The notes under the pieces were generated by a model, which saw only the letters and a program-made list of their open reading frames with translations, did not search any database and was not told the DNA's origin. Position numbers and translations under genes: made by a program. 64,000 nt of DNA from Candidatus Latescibacterota bacterium (GTDB lineage: Bacteria > Latescibacterota > UBA2968 > GCA-2709665): positions 672,001 through 736,000 of the forward strand of contig OZ220733.1 in the NCBI GenBank assembly GCA_965116875.1. Direction: 5' to 3'. This document shows, in pieces, positions 28,203 through 38,751 of the stretch (positions within the stretch are counted from its first letter, which is position 1; the number at the start of each line of letters is the position of its first letter).

Positions 28203-29306
28203 ATGAACATGAGCGACGGATTTCCGCTCCTTGAGGTGTCCGGATCGCCCTTGAATCGCGGGCGGGCGCACGGAGAGGCGTTCCGGGAAGAGATTCGCGC
28301 GCTGCTCCCGGTCTATTTCGACCATCTGGAGCGCACGAGCCGGCGCCATTCCGTACCTGTATTGAGCAAGACGCGGGTGCTAGAAATCTCGGCGACCTAC
28401 GCGAAGCCCGCGGAAGCATACGCTCCGGACCTGGTTCAAGAGGCAGGAGGAATCGCCGCAGGCGCCTGCGTACCCATTGAGGAGATTATGGCGCTCAATG
28501 GCTTTCTGGACATTTTCGACTACCTTTCTCCCAACTTTATCGGTGCGGGTTGCACGACGTTCATGGTTCCGGACACGGAAGACGGCGCAGGGGCTGCAAT
28601 CGGCCAGAATTACGACCTGATGGAGTTCTTCCAGCCTGCGGCGGTTTTGCTGAGAATCACGGGCGCCGGACCGGACGCGCTCATGTATACGACGGCGGGC
28701 ATGCTGGGAAGCGCGGGCATGAACAGCGAAGGCATTGGCGTGGTCATCAACAACCTGGTTCCCGGAGACGCCGGGGCCGGCGTTCCCTATCCATTCGTGA
28801 TCCGGCGGATCCTCGCAACGGCGCAGATCGGGGACGCCATCGACGCCGTTCTCGCTTCTCGCCGCGCGTCCGGCATGAATTATGTTCTGTGCGACCGCCA
28901 CGGAGAGATCTACAACCTGGAAACCACGGCCGCCGACTACGAGGTCACCAGCCCGTTCGACGGACCCATGGCGCACTCGAATCACTATCTGGCGGACCGC
29001 CTGCAACCCCTCGAGCGCCGCGCAAACGATCAGCGAGGTCAGAGCATCGCGCGCTGGGGCCGGGCAACGCGGCTTCTGCGCAGGTCTGCCGAACCGGATG
29101 CGGAGACGATCCGGTCGGCGTTGCGGGACCACGTGAACAGCCCCGTTTCGATCTGCAGGCACAGCGTGAACGGATGCGGGCAGACGATTTGCGGCATCGT
29201 TCTCGAGCCGTCCAATGGGCGGGCGTGGTTTGCCAGGGGTCCGTGCTGCGAACACGCCTGGGAGGAGCACCGGCTGTTCGAGGTCCAGGGCCGGCGTGTC
29301 GCATGA
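28203..29306 (+). CDS. peptidase C45 / AAT-family Ntn hydrolase
   Basis: RGRAHGE, G-CTT autoproteolysis site, GQNYD, GMNSEG, HSNH, SICRH. Confidence 0.88.
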   Translation: MNMSDGFPLLEVSGSPLNRGRAHGEAFREEIRALLPVYFDHLERTSRRHSVPVLSKTRVLEISATYAKPAEAYAPDLVQEAGGIAAGACVPIEEIMALNGFLDIFDYLSPNFIGAGCTTFMVPDTEDGAGAAIGQNYDLMEFFQPAAVLLRITGAGPDALMYTTAGMLGSAGMNSEGIGVVINNLVPGDAGAGVPYPFVIRRILATAQIGDAIDAVLASRRASGMNYVLCDRHGEIYNLETTAADYEVTSPFDGPMAHSNHYLADRLQPLERRANDQRGQSIARWGRATRLLRRSAEPDAETIRSALRDHVNSPVSICRHSVNGCGQTICGIVLEPSNGRAWFARGPCCEHAWEEHRLFEVQGRRVA

Positions 29307-29384
29307 GAAATATCGCCCTCGTCCGCAGTTCTTGAATGACCTTATATACAAGGGCTCACGACCCACCAACTGAAAGCATCTGAC

Positions 29385-30086
29385 ATGGGTACGAGAATCG
29401 AACGCTGGTTCAGAGCGCCATACGGGATGCCCAATGGCGTGCAGGCAACCGGCGACGGCATATGGGTGGTCGACCAGGTAACGGACCGCGCCGCACTGCT
29501 GGACGTCTCGAATGCGGACGAGTATGGCATGCTGCGGATGCGGTTCGAAGTGCCCACCGAGTCGTCCAACACCAGCGGGCTGGCAGGGGGAGACGGATCG
29601 CTCTGGCTGGCGGCCAACGGTTCGGCGGAGAAGTGGAGAACGCCCCGGGACACCGACGCTGAATCGGGCGAGATTCTTCGGGTGGATCCCGGTTCCGGGG
29701 AAACCCTGGGTCGATGGGCGCTGCCGGGCGGTGGCGGAACCCACGGGCTGGAATACGATTCGTTCGAGTCCGGGACGTTGTGGTTGACCACGTTGAAGGA
29801 CCAGACGTTGACGCAAGTGCGGATTTCAGATTGGTCCGTACAGAAGGTGATACCCCTTCCGTACGGAAGGGCGCATGGCGTCGTACGAGTCGAAGACGGC
29901 GTGTGGGTTGTCCACACCTCGGACCGGACGATCGTGAAACTTGACGTGGATACCGGTACGGTATTGGATCGGATCGACGTCGGCCGGTCTGACCCGGAGC
30001 CTCACGGTCTTTCCCGTCACGGGGATGGATTCCTCTATTGCGACGCGGCATCCGGATGGGTCGTAAGGATCGACGTGGAAGCGTAA
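29385..30086 (+). CDS. beta-propeller protein (Vgb/glutaminyl-cyclase-like)
   Basis: Repeated PNG/SGL/HGL...LW blades. Confidence 0.7.
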   Translation: MGTRIERWFRAPYGMPNGVQATGDGIWVVDQVTDRAALLDVSNADEYGMLRMRFEVPTESSNTSGLAGGDGSLWLAANGSAEKWRTPRDTDAESGEILRVDPGSGETLGRWALPGGGGTHGLEYDSFESGTLWLTTLKDQTLTQVRISDWSVQKVIPLPYGRAHGVVRVEDGVWVVHTSDRTIVKLDVDTGTVLDRIDVGRSDPEPHGLSRHGDGFLYCDAASGWVVRIDVEA

Positions 30087-30126
30087 GTTGATTCGCCGCT
30101 GCGCAAGCGCGGAACGACAGGTAGCT

Positions 30127-32940
30127 ATGAAACATAAAGTACTCTCTACGACCGGATCGACGCGGGGAACCGCGTACACGATGAGCAACAAGATCCTGAC
30201 CCACGCGGGAAAGACACACGTGGCGTGGCTCGATCAGATCTGCAGGATCTACGTACGGACCTACCATCACAAGACCAGGCGCTGGGGCAGGCCGGTCTAC
30301 GTGGGAACCGGGGACGACAACCACGCCGGCGCGGCGCTTGCGATGGATTCGCGCAAATACCTGCACCTGGCGTTCGGACCCCATCACAATCCGATCCGTC
30401 ACGTGGTGAGCAGGCGTCCCAACACTTCAACGTCGTGGGTGGAACAGCCCTCGTTCGGAGGAACCACGGCGACCTATCCGAGCCTGGTCTGCGACGCGGA
30501 CGATACGCTGCATGCCTGTTACCGCGGATCCTACGCCTCGGAACGACCCTGGTCGCTGGTGTATCAGAAAAAAACCGGCGGCGATTGGACGGACCCGGTC
30601 AAGCTCGTGGACCCCGAGGGACCCCCCGCGTATACGCAATTCGAGAACGCGCTCCACGTCGACCGGAACGGAACGCTCTACCTTGCCTACCACGTCGTGC
30701 GGGCAACTGAAGCGGACTATGGCGACACGCGCGGCAGAGGATTCGGCGTGATGCGGTCCCGAGACGGCGGCGAGAACTGGGAGACTGTCGACGGACGCGC
30801 GCTGGGACTCCCCACAACCCCGGCTTCACCCTGCATCATCGAATTCGATGAAGGCCTCGACGTCCGCATGGGCAACGTGGCAACCGGCGGCAGGGGTACG
30901 CTCTGCTTTACGCTGAATCGCCGCGAGAACGGCGCGGCGGAGACGTTCGTCTACACCAGGGGAAAGGACGACTGGCGGGTGGTCTCTCTGATGCCCCAGG
31001 CCCGGCGGCTGTTCGGCGACTGTGACATGTCGGACGTGTGCGCGCTCAGCATCGCGGACGACGGCGTGATCTACGCTGCGGGTCCGGTCTGCCGGCGTGG
31101 CGGCGGCTGGGCGGACTCCACCAACGAGATTGCGCTGTTTACGTCGCGGGACGGCGGCGAGACGTTTTCGGGTTACCGGATATCGGCAAACGAACCGGAT
31201 GTATCCAACTGGCTGCCGGCCCTCGAACGGCAGACCGGACACAACCGCGTGGACGTGCCGGGACTGGTCTATACGCACGGGCACATCGGCGAGGGATGCA
31301 GCCCGGATATCGACACACAGATCCGGTATGTATCGCTGAACGGCATCGCGGAGGCGGAAGCAGGCGCGGTAGACGCCCGGGTCGCCGGCGCGGAGCAGTT
31401 GAGCGGGATCCGCTTTACCGAAGAACAGCGCGGGAAAATGAGGCGGGACGTGGAGCAATACCGTCTCCGTTACCGGGAACTTCGCGAGGTGGACGTGGGC
31501 TACGACGTGAGCCCGGCCTCGGTATTCCTGCCCGGCGCGAAACCGCCGCCATCCGGAGAACAGCGCCCGTTCCGTTTGACCGCTTCCGCGGTCGAGCGAC
31601 CGGCATCCGGGGAGGACCTGGCATTTCTGCCTGTGAGCGCGCTCGCCCGCCTGGTAGAAACCCGACAGGTTTCGCCCGTGGAACTCGCCAGGCTCTACCT
31701 GGACCGTCTGGACGCATTCGGGGAAGCCTTGCATTGCGTGGTTTCGCTCACCGAAGACCTGGCGATGGCACAGGCGAAAACCGCGGAGGCGGAGATTATG
31801 GGCGGCGAGTACCGGGGGCCGCTGCACGGGATTCCCTGGGGCGCCAAGGACCTGCTTGCCACAAAGGGAATCCGGACCACGTGGGGCGCCACGCCCTTCA
31901 GGGAACAAACCGGCGAGACCGACGCAGCCGTTGTGGAACGGCTTCGGGACGCGGGCGCGGTCCTTGTGGCCAAACTCTCAACGGGAGCCCTCGCCAACGG
32001 ACCGCACTGGTTTGGCGGAATGACCCGGAACCCCTGGAAACCGGAAACCGGCTCAAGCGGCTCTTCGGCCGGTCCCGGTGCGGCGACCGCCGCGGGCCTC
32101 GTCGGCTTCAGCATCGGATCGGAAACGCTGGGATCCATCGTGGGGCCAAGCCACACCTGCGGAGTGACGGGGCTGCGGCCGACGTACGGCCGCGTGAGCC
32201 GGTACGGCGCCATGGCGCTTGCGTGGACCATGGATAAACTCGGCCCCATGTGCCGTGGCGTTGAAGATTGCGCGGCCGTGTTCAACGCGATCCACGGACC
32301 GGACGGGAGAGACCGGTCGGTGGTAGACGCGCCGTTCAACTGGCCCGCGGCGGTTGACACGAAGGCATTGCGAGTCGGTTTTCTCAAAGCTGAATTCGAT
32401 GCGTTAGCATCGTCCGGAGACCGTGCCGTCTACCAGGAGGCGTTTTGCAGGTTCGAGGAACTGGGACTCCGCGTGGAGCCGGTGACGCTTCCGGCGTGTC
32501 CGCACGGCGCGGTGTCGATGATGCTGTGCGTGGAAGCGGCGGCCGCGTTCGACAGTGCGACGCGGGCGGGCGAACTGGACGCCATGATCGATGCGGACAA
32601 GAGCTCCTGGCCCACGGTATTTCGCAGCTTTCGGATGGTGCCGGCAGTTGAATATCTGCGGGCGCAACAGGTCCGTTCCCTGATGATTCGCGACTTGGAG
32701 GCGTTGATGGCGAATTGGGACGTGCTTCTGGCGCCCGGTAGAGCCGGGGCGAGTCTCGCCACGACCAATCTCACCGGACATCCGGCCCTGACGCTGAAGT
32801 GCGGTTTCGTGGACGGGATGCCTCTGGGTCTGACGCTGATCGGAAACCTCTACGACGAAGCGACCGTTCTGGCGGTCGGCCTGGCGTACGAGCAGGCGAC
32901 GGATTGGCACAGACAACATCCGCATCTCCGGTCCGCTTAA
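30127..32940 (+). CDS. BNR-repeat beta-propeller fused to an amidase-signature enzyme
   Basis: GDDNH..ALAMD...LHL, ATYP, SRDGGENW, SRDGGETF Asp-boxes; GPLHGIPWGAKDL, GSSGSSAG, GSETLGSI, GLRPTYGRVSR. Confidence 0.9.
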   Translation: MKHKVLSTTGSTRGTAYTMSNKILTHAGKTHVAWLDQICRIYVRTYHHKTRRWGRPVYVGTGDDNHAGAALAMDSRKYLHLAFGPHHNPIRHVVSRRPNTSTSWVEQPSFGGTTATYPSLVCDADDTLHACYRGSYASERPWSLVYQKKTGGDWTDPVKLVDPEGPPAYTQFENALHVDRNGTLYLAYHVVRATEADYGDTRGRGFGVMRSRDGGENWETVDGRALGLPTTPASPCIIEFDEGLDVRMGNVATGGRGTLCFTLNRRENGAAETFVYTRGKDDWRVVSLMPQARRLFGDCDMSDVCALSIADDGVIYAAGPVCRRGGGWADSTNEIALFTSRDGGETFSGYRISANEPDVSNWLPALERQTGHNRVDVPGLVYTHGHIGEGCSPDIDTQIRYVSLNGIAEAEAGAVDARVAGAEQLSGIRFTEEQRGKMRRDVEQYRLRYRELREVDVGYDVSPASVFLPGAKPPPSGEQRPFRLTASAVERPASGEDLAFLPVSALARLVETRQVSPVELARLYLDRLDAFGEALHCVVSLTEDLAMAQAKTAEAEIMGGEYRGPLHGIPWGAKDLLATKGIRTTWGATPFREQTGETDAAVVERLRDAGAVLVAKLSTGALANGPHWFGGMTRNPWKPETGSSGSSAGPGAATAAGLVGFSIGSETLGSIVGPSHTCGVTGLRPTYGRVSRYGAMALAWTMDKLGPMCRGVEDCAAVFNAIHGPDGRDRSVVDAPFNWPAAVDTKALRVGFLKAEFDALASSGDRAVYQEAFCRFEELGLRVEPVTLPACPHGAVSMMLCVEAAAAFDSATRAGELDAMIDADKSSWPTVFRSFRMVPAVEYLRAQQVRSLMIRDLEALMANWDVLLAPGRAGASLATTNLTGHPALTLKCGFVDGMPLGLTLIGNLYDEATVLAVGLAYEQATDWHRQHPHLRSA

Positions 32941-33107
32941 CCCTTATCCGAAAAAGGGCAACGGCAAAACTTACCACAAAAAGCGCAAAAGACACAAAAG
33001 GTACATGTACTGAACCGGATGTGTTGTAACGCCGTGATTCGGCCGATATCGGTTCACGGTGGCGATGGATGTCTGACGACAATTTCAAACAATGGAGGTT
33101 TGGAAAA

Positions 33108-34187
33108 ATGGCAGAGGAATTCAGAGGCATGCCGTGCAGGCGGGTCGGTAAATCCGGCCTGTTCGTATCCGTTGTGGGGCTGGGTATGTGGAAATGGGGC
33201 GATCCGGTATACGATGGATCCCGCATCGGAGACCACGAGGGGTTCGAGGTCCTGGACCGCGCCCTGGATCTGGGGGTCTTTCACTGGGATACGGCATGTT
33301 CCTACAACCTGGCATCGGGAAACTCGGAACGCCTGCTGGGCCGCTATTTCGCCTCCCGCCCCCGGTCGGTCAGGGAGCAGGTGGTGATGGCAACCAAGAT
33401 TCACAACCCGGTGCGCCCGGAGCACGCCATGGAGGCCGATTTTACACCCAATCAGCTCGGCGCTTCCCGGACGTACATCCACTTCGGCGTGGACAAGTGT
33501 CTGGAGCGGATGCAGACGGACTACATCGACCTGCTCTACCTGCACCAGAACGGCACGGACGACGAGGGAAACTACCGGGTGCCCATCGAGGAGACCTGGG
33601 GCGCGTTCGACGATCTGGTCACCCAGGGGAAGGTGCGTTACCTTGCGGTATCCAATCATTCGGCGAAACAGATGGCCAACGTGGCCGCCACGCTGGAAAA
33701 GGTGGGCAAGGACGTTTCCCGTCGGATCGTGGCCGTGCAGAACCGGTACAACCTCGTGCAGCAGGACGCGGTCACGGCCGAGGAGGGCGCCAGGGCTGCG
33801 GACTTCCTGAAGGCGGCTGCCAGGGCCGAAGTGGGCGTGATCCCCTATTATCCGCTTGCGAGCGGACTGCTCACGGGCAGGTACCGCAAGGGAAGGCTGG
33901 ACGACGCGAGCGGCCGGATCATAGACGACGGCGACCAGGCCGAGTTCCTCACCGAACCCTATCTGGAGGCCGTTGAAGGGCTGATCGCGATTGCGGAGGC
34001 GAAGGAGATTTCCCTGGCCCAACTCGCCATCGCCTGGCTGCTGGCCAACGAGCAGGTGCCGTCCGTAATCGCCGGCGTAACCGAAATGCGGCATCTGGAG
34101 GACAACGTGAACGCGGCCGCCGTGGAATTGACAAACGACGAGATAACGCGAATCGACGAGACCGTCAGTGGCGCACTCGGCGGGTGA
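33108..34187 (+). CDS. aldo/keto reductase
   Basis: VGKSGLFVS, WDTA.SY..G.SE..LG, TDYIDLLYLH, GKVRY, YYPLASGLLTG. Confidence 0.93.
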   Translation: MAEEFRGMPCRRVGKSGLFVSVVGLGMWKWGDPVYDGSRIGDHEGFEVLDRALDLGVFHWDTACSYNLASGNSERLLGRYFASRPRSVREQVVMATKIHNPVRPEHAMEADFTPNQLGASRTYIHFGVDKCLERMQTDYIDLLYLHQNGTDDEGNYRVPIEETWGAFDDLVTQGKVRYLAVSNHSAKQMANVAATLEKVGKDVSRRIVAVQNRYNLVQQDAVTAEEGARAADFLKAAARAEVGVIPYYPLASGLLTGRYRKGRLDDASGRIIDDGDQAEFLTEPYLEAVEGLIAIAEAKEISLAQLAIAWLLANEQVPSVIAGVTEMRHLEDNVNAAAVELTNDEITRIDETVSGALGG

Positions 34188-34245
34188 CGGGACGCCGAAA
34201 GCGGATCCTCTTTAAAGATGGGCGCGTACTGGTTGGGACCCTGGC

Positions 34246-35106
34246 ATGTTCGTTGATCGAATTGTCACCTACGGGCGGATGATCAAGTTTTCGCACAGCG
34301 TGTTCGCCCTTCCGTTTGCGTTCAGCGGCGCGGCGCTGGCGGCTCTGGAGTTTGACATCAGCATATCGCAGGTGTTCTGGATCGCCGTGGCGATGGTGGG
34401 CGCCAGGAGCGCCGCGATGGGGTTCAACCGGCTGGTGGACCGGGACATGGACGCGGCGAATCCAAGGACCGCCTCCAGGGAATTGCCAAAGGGCCTGATC
34501 TCCCCGACCGCCGTGCGCGCGCTGATCGCGATTTCTTCCGCGGCGCTCATTCTCGCGGCGTGGCAACTGAACCCCCTGTGTTTCGCGCTTTCGCCCGTGG
34601 CCCTGGGCATTGTGTTCTTCTATTCGTACACCAAACGGTTCACGTGGACCACGCAGTTCTTTCTCGGACTCGCGCTGTCGGTTGCGCCGATCGGGGCCTG
34701 GATCGCGATTACCGGAAGTCTGGACCCGGAGATCCTGTTGCTGGCCGGCGCCGTCCTGGCGTGGGTTTCCGGGTTCGATATCCTCTATGCCTGCCAGGAC
34801 GTCGAGTTCGACCGCGGCCACGGGATCTATTCGATTCCGCAACGCTTCGGCGCGCGCAGCGGGCTGGTCATTGCGCGGGTGTTGCACGCGGTTTCTTTTC
34901 TTCTGATGTGCGCGGTCGGTGTGCGTTTCGGAATGGGCGTCATCTACACGGCGGGGCTGGTCGTGGTGGCGGGGCTGATGTTGTACGAACACTCGCTGGT
35001 GAAGGCGGATGATTTCTCGAAACTGGGCGTGGCGTTCATGAACGTAAATGCTGCGATTAGCACGGTCTTTTTCGCGTTTACACTCGGAGACGTGCTGTGG
35101 CGCTAA
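34246..35106 (+). CDS. ubiA: UbiA-like prenyltransferase (MqnP type)
   Basis: IKFSHSVFALPFA, AMGFNRLVD..D..NPRT..R, YSYTKRFT, GFDILYACQD. Confidence 0.9.
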   Translation: MFVDRIVTYGRMIKFSHSVFALPFAFSGAALAALEFDISISQVFWIAVAMVGARSAAMGFNRLVDRDMDAANPRTASRELPKGLISPTAVRALIAISSAALILAAWQLNPLCFALSPVALGIVFFYSYTKRFTWTTQFFLGLALSVAPIGAWIAITGSLDPEILLLAGAVLAWVSGFDILYACQDVEFDRGHGIYSIPQRFGARSGLVIARVLHAVSFLLMCAVGVRFGMGVIYTAGLVVVAGLMLYEHSLVKADDFSKLGVAFMNVNAAISTVFFAFTLGDVLWR

Positions 35107-35705
35107 ACCGGATTGCGGTTGCGGTTACCGGCGCCAGCGGGGCGATCTATGCGCTGCGCACCCTGCGCGCGCTGCTGATGAACGGCGACGAGGTACATCT
35201 CATCGTATCCGGGTTCGGCTGGATGCTGCTGAGAGAGGAGGTGGGCTTCGAGGGAAAACAGTCCGAGCTTGGAGACTTCCTTGCCGATCGATATGGAGCC
35301 GCAATTTCGAACGGGCGCGTGATCATCCACCAGATCGGCAATATGGCGGCGCCTGTCGCGAGCGGGTCCGTGGGCCTGCGCGGCATGGTCGTGGTGCCCT
35401 GTTCGATGAAATACCTGGCGAATATCGCCCACGGCGCTTCCGGAAACCTGATTGAACGGGCGGCGGACGTTACGCTCAAGGAGCGGCGGCCGTTGGTCCT
35501 GGTTCCGCGTGAAACCCCGATGAACCTGATCCACCTCCGCAACATGACCGCCGCCGCGGAGGCGGGAGCCGCCATCCTGCCGGCCATGCCGGCGTTCTAC
35601 CAGAAGCCCGAAACCTTTAACGACCTGGCGGATTTCATCGCCGGAAGGATCCTGAATCTGCTGGGAATCGAACACGACCTCTTTCCACCATGGACCGGGA
35701 CGTAG
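35097..35705 (+). CDS. ubiX: flavin prenyltransferase
   Basis: VTGASG, ASGS, PCSM, NLIERAADVTLKERR.LVLVPRETP, PAFY. Confidence 0.94.
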   Translation: MALNRIAVAVTGASGAIYALRTLRALLMNGDEVHLIVSGFGWMLLREEVGFEGKQSELGDFLADRYGAAISNGRVIIHQIGNMAAPVASGSVGLRGMVVVPCSMKYLANIAHGASGNLIERAADVTLKERRPLVLVPRETPMNLIHLRNMTAAAEAGAAILPAMPAFYQKPETFNDLADFIAGRILNLLGIEHDLFPPWTGT

Positions 35706-35723
35706 CGGCGCGGGGGCGATCGC

Positions 35724-37049
35724 ATGAAGACCGACCTGAGCCAACATATCGAGAACACCGCACTGGTCGACACGCACGAGCATCTGCGGAAAGAGCCGGA
35801 ATGGGTGAACGACGGCCCGGACATTCTGCAGGATCTGTTCGGAAACTACGTTCCGGCCGACCTTCACACCGCCGGCGCGCCTCCGGCCGCGATGAATCGG
35901 CTGATGGACGGGTCGGACGCGGACGTCGCCGGTCGATTCGAGGGAATCCGTGACGCCTGGGAAGCGACGCAATTTACCGGATACGGAGAAGCGGTACGGC
36001 TGATCGCCAGGCACGTGTACGATATCGACGTCCTCACCGCCGACGCCATTGCGGCCGCTCAGGAAAGGATACACGCATTGCGTCAGCCCGGCGAACGGCT
36101 TCGCCTGCTTCGCGACGAGGCGAACCTGGACCACGTTCAGACGGACGATTTCCAGTGGGCATGCCTCCCCGATCCGTCCGGCTCGGACTTCTTCCTCTAC
36201 GACCTCTCGTGGGCGGGATTCTGCAACGGGCAGATTGATACGGAGCAGATTCACTCCGAGACGAACGTCGAAGTGACGGGGCTCGACTCCCTGAGGCGGG
36301 CGATGGAGGGCATCTTCTCGAAATACGCCGGCTGCGCGATTGCGGTGAAGGCGCAGCACGCGTACAACCGTACCCTGAACTGGACGGACCGAGACGACGC
36401 GGAGGCGGCGGACGCGCTCGAAAGGATTCTGCAGGGGCAGGACGAAGAGATCCCGGAACAGACGTGGCTCTGCCTTGGAGACTGGTGCTGGGCGCGGGGC
36501 CTGGAGCTGTCGATCGAATACAACCTGCCGTTCAAGATCCACACGGGATATTACGCGGGGAACGACCGAATGCCGGTGAGCCGGATTGCCGCGGGGAACA
36601 TGTGCGCGCTGTTCGCACGTTATCCCGATGCCCGGTTTGTCCTGATGCACATCGCCTATCCATATAGCGATGAACTCGTTGCGCTGGCCAAGCACTACCG
36701 GAATATCTGGGTCGATCTGTGCTGGGCATGGAGCATCGACCCGTTCAGCTCGAGGGATTTTCTGCGCCGTTTCCTGCATGCGGTCCCCGCAAACAAGCTG
36801 TTTGCGTTCGGGGGCGACACCGGATGGCCGACCGGCGCGCTCGCGTATTCCATTCAGGCGCGGAACGAGATTCGCCGGGCGCTGGAAGCGGAGATTGAAG
36901 ACGGGTACATGACGGAAAAACAGGCGATTGAAGTCGCGACCCGGATCATGCGGGCGAACCAGTACGCCTGTTTCGATATTGAAGGAACGCGTGGGAATAT
37001 ACGCGTTGCCAACACGGCGTTCGCCCAATCGGACGAGGTGAAAGGTTGA
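35724..37049 (+). CDS. amidohydrolase family protein
   Basis: VDTHEH, KIHTG, VLMH..YP, FGGD. Confidence 0.85.
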   Translation: MKTDLSQHIENTALVDTHEHLRKEPEWVNDGPDILQDLFGNYVPADLHTAGAPPAAMNRLMDGSDADVAGRFEGIRDAWEATQFTGYGEAVRLIARHVYDIDVLTADAIAAAQERIHALRQPGERLRLLRDEANLDHVQTDDFQWACLPDPSGSDFFLYDLSWAGFCNGQIDTEQIHSETNVEVTGLDSLRRAMEGIFSKYAGCAIAVKAQHAYNRTLNWTDRDDAEAADALERILQGQDEEIPEQTWLCLGDWCWARGLELSIEYNLPFKIHTGYYAGNDRMPVSRIAAGNMCALFARYPDARFVLMHIAYPYSDELVALAKHYRNIWVDLCWAWSIDPFSSRDFLRRFLHAVPANKLFAFGGDTGWPTGALAYSIQARNEIRRALEAEIEDGYMTEKQAIEVATRIMRANQYACFDIEGTRGNIRVANTAFAQSDEVKG

Positions 37050-37381
37050 AACAGGTTACAGACGCCCTACTCGAAGAGATGGTAAGAACCATCGTCGACG
37101 AAGCCGATCCGGAAGAGGTCATCCTGTTCGGCTCCCACGCTCGAGGTACCCTTGACGACGATTCAGACGTGGACCTGCTGGTAATTGAATCAGAACCATT
37201 CCCGAATGCTCATTCGAGGTACGAGGAGGGAATCAGGCTCTACAATGCGCTATCCCACTTTCACGTTCCCAAAGACATTCTGGTCTACAGCCGCGAAAGG
37301 GTCGAGTATTGGCGCGACTCTCTGAACAACGTTGTCGCGCGAGCCCTCCGCGAAGGCCGGGTGCTTTATGAACGACCCTAA
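37046..37381 (+). CDS. minimal nucleotidyltransferase (MNT antitoxin-like)
   Basis: ILFGSHARG....DSDVDLLVI, DILV, REGRVLYE. Confidence 0.88.
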   Translation: MKQVTDALLEEMVRTIVDEADPEEVILFGSHARGTLDDDSDVDLLVIESEPFPNAHSRYEEGIRLYNALSHFHVPKDILVYSRERVEYWRDSLNNVVARALREGRVLYERP

Positions 37382-37404
37382 ACAAGCTTGTCGTTGGAAA
37401 AAAG

Positions 37405-37428
37405 CCGCCGGTTGTTGGCAACCGGCGG
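37405..37428. terminator. hairpin between convergent genes
   Basis: CCGCCGGTTG-ttgg-CAACCGGCGG. Confidence 0.5.
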
Positions 37429-37467
37429 TTATTCCTGTACCTCACCAGTTTGTTTCAGAAGTCCGCG

Positions 37468-38751
37468 TTACCAATAGGCGTCCGCGTCGAAATTCACGCG
37501 CATGGAAACGAGCGCGCGTATGGTTCGTACCCTGTCCTGGCGATTCCCTTCCGTCTGTTTGTACCCGCCGATCACGGCGGCCAGATCCAGCGCAAAATAC
37601 CGGTCCAGCTCTGCGCCGATCCCAAGCGTCCATGCGTCGCGGTCCGTCTCGATCCGAACCTCCGGTACCGGGCCGCCTCCCACGTATTGAACAGGGTCGC
37701 GATAGTATCCGGCCCGCACGGCCACACCCCGGCCGGGAACGGCGTATTCACCTCCCAGATGGACCCGCACCGCACTTCGGTATTGCCGGCGGAAATCGTC
37801 GACGTACGGCGTGATGTTCCGGGCCTGGACGCTGTAGGTCGCTTCCTGTAGATCCCCGTAGTGCACGTCGCCGGCCAACGTCAGCCCCTTCGAGGACCAT
37901 CCCAGACCGAATCCCAGCGAAACCGGCTGCCGTATCTCATATCTGTCCGCGTAGTTGTCGCGAGGATAGAACTCCTTCCGGTCGTCGAACGTATCTTCGA
38001 ATTCATCAGCCAGCTCAGCCGAAACCTTAATAGGGGTGGCCGCGGAAACCGTGAAGCCAATCCGGAAGTTGGCGGGATGCCAGTAGCGGATGCCGGCCTG
38101 GACGCCCAGCGCGGAGAAGCTGTCGTCGGATTCGAAACGCTGGTAGATGCGAACCGTGTCCACGTGGACCTGCCGCACGTCGTCAAGCGTCAACTCCTGC
38201 ATGAACCGGTTGGTTCCACGCCACTTGTAAAACGAAACCCCGGCGGACAGTCGCGGCGCAACGTCGATAGCCGCGCCCATGGTCCAGGCGCCAAAGGTAC
38301 CCCGGTCTTCCGAGAAACCCGACTTATCGAATTCGGCGACTTCATCGTACGCGTCGATCCGCAATCCGCCGTCGAAGTGCCGGACGCGCCCGAATCCCCC
38401 TGCAACAACCAGACTTCCCCGATAGACCGGAATGGGATAGACGATACCTCCCGTGGCGAAGCGCGTGCTGTTTAATTCGAACGCCGACGTCCGGCTGAAG
38501 AACTGAGACTCATTCCGATACCGGTCGTGGGACATCCCCCAGGAGATGGATCCGCGCCGGGCACGCGCCAGTCCTGCCGGGTTCCAGAAAAGACCGGAGA
38601 AATCATCCGATACCGTGACATACGCGCCTCCCATCCCCATCGCGCGCGCGCCGATTCCGGAAAACCCGTCCAGCGCAACCTCCTGCGCGTTGAGCATTGC
38701 CGTCCAGGCGCATATCGCCAGCATCGAAACCATTGGACGGAGGGGCTTCAT
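37468..38751 (-). CDS. FadL/OmpP1-like outer-membrane transporter
   Basis: GARAMGMGGAY...DD.S.L.WNPAGL; beta-strand pattern; VRAGY. Confidence 0.85.
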   Translation of the reverse strand: MKPLRPMVSMLAICAWTAMLNAQEVALDGFSGIGARAMGMGGAYVTVSDDFSGLFWNPAGLARARRGSISWGMSHDRYRNESQFFSRTSAFELNSTRFATGGIVYPIPVYRGSLVVAGGFGRVRHFDGGLRIDAYDEVAEFDKSGFSEDRGTFGAWTMGAAIDVAPRLSAGVSFYKWRGTNRFMQELTLDDVRQVHVDTVRIYQRFESDDSFSALGVQAGIRYWHPANFRIGFTVSAATPIKVSAELADEFEDTFDDRKEFYPRDNYADRYEIRQPVSLGFGLGWSSKGLTLAGDVHYGDLQEATYSVQARNITPYVDDFRRQYRSAVRVHLGGEYAVPGRGVAVRAGYYRDPVQYVGGGPVPEVRIETDRDAWTLGIGAELDRYFALDLAAVIGGYKQTEGNRQDRVRTIRALVSMRVNFDADAYW

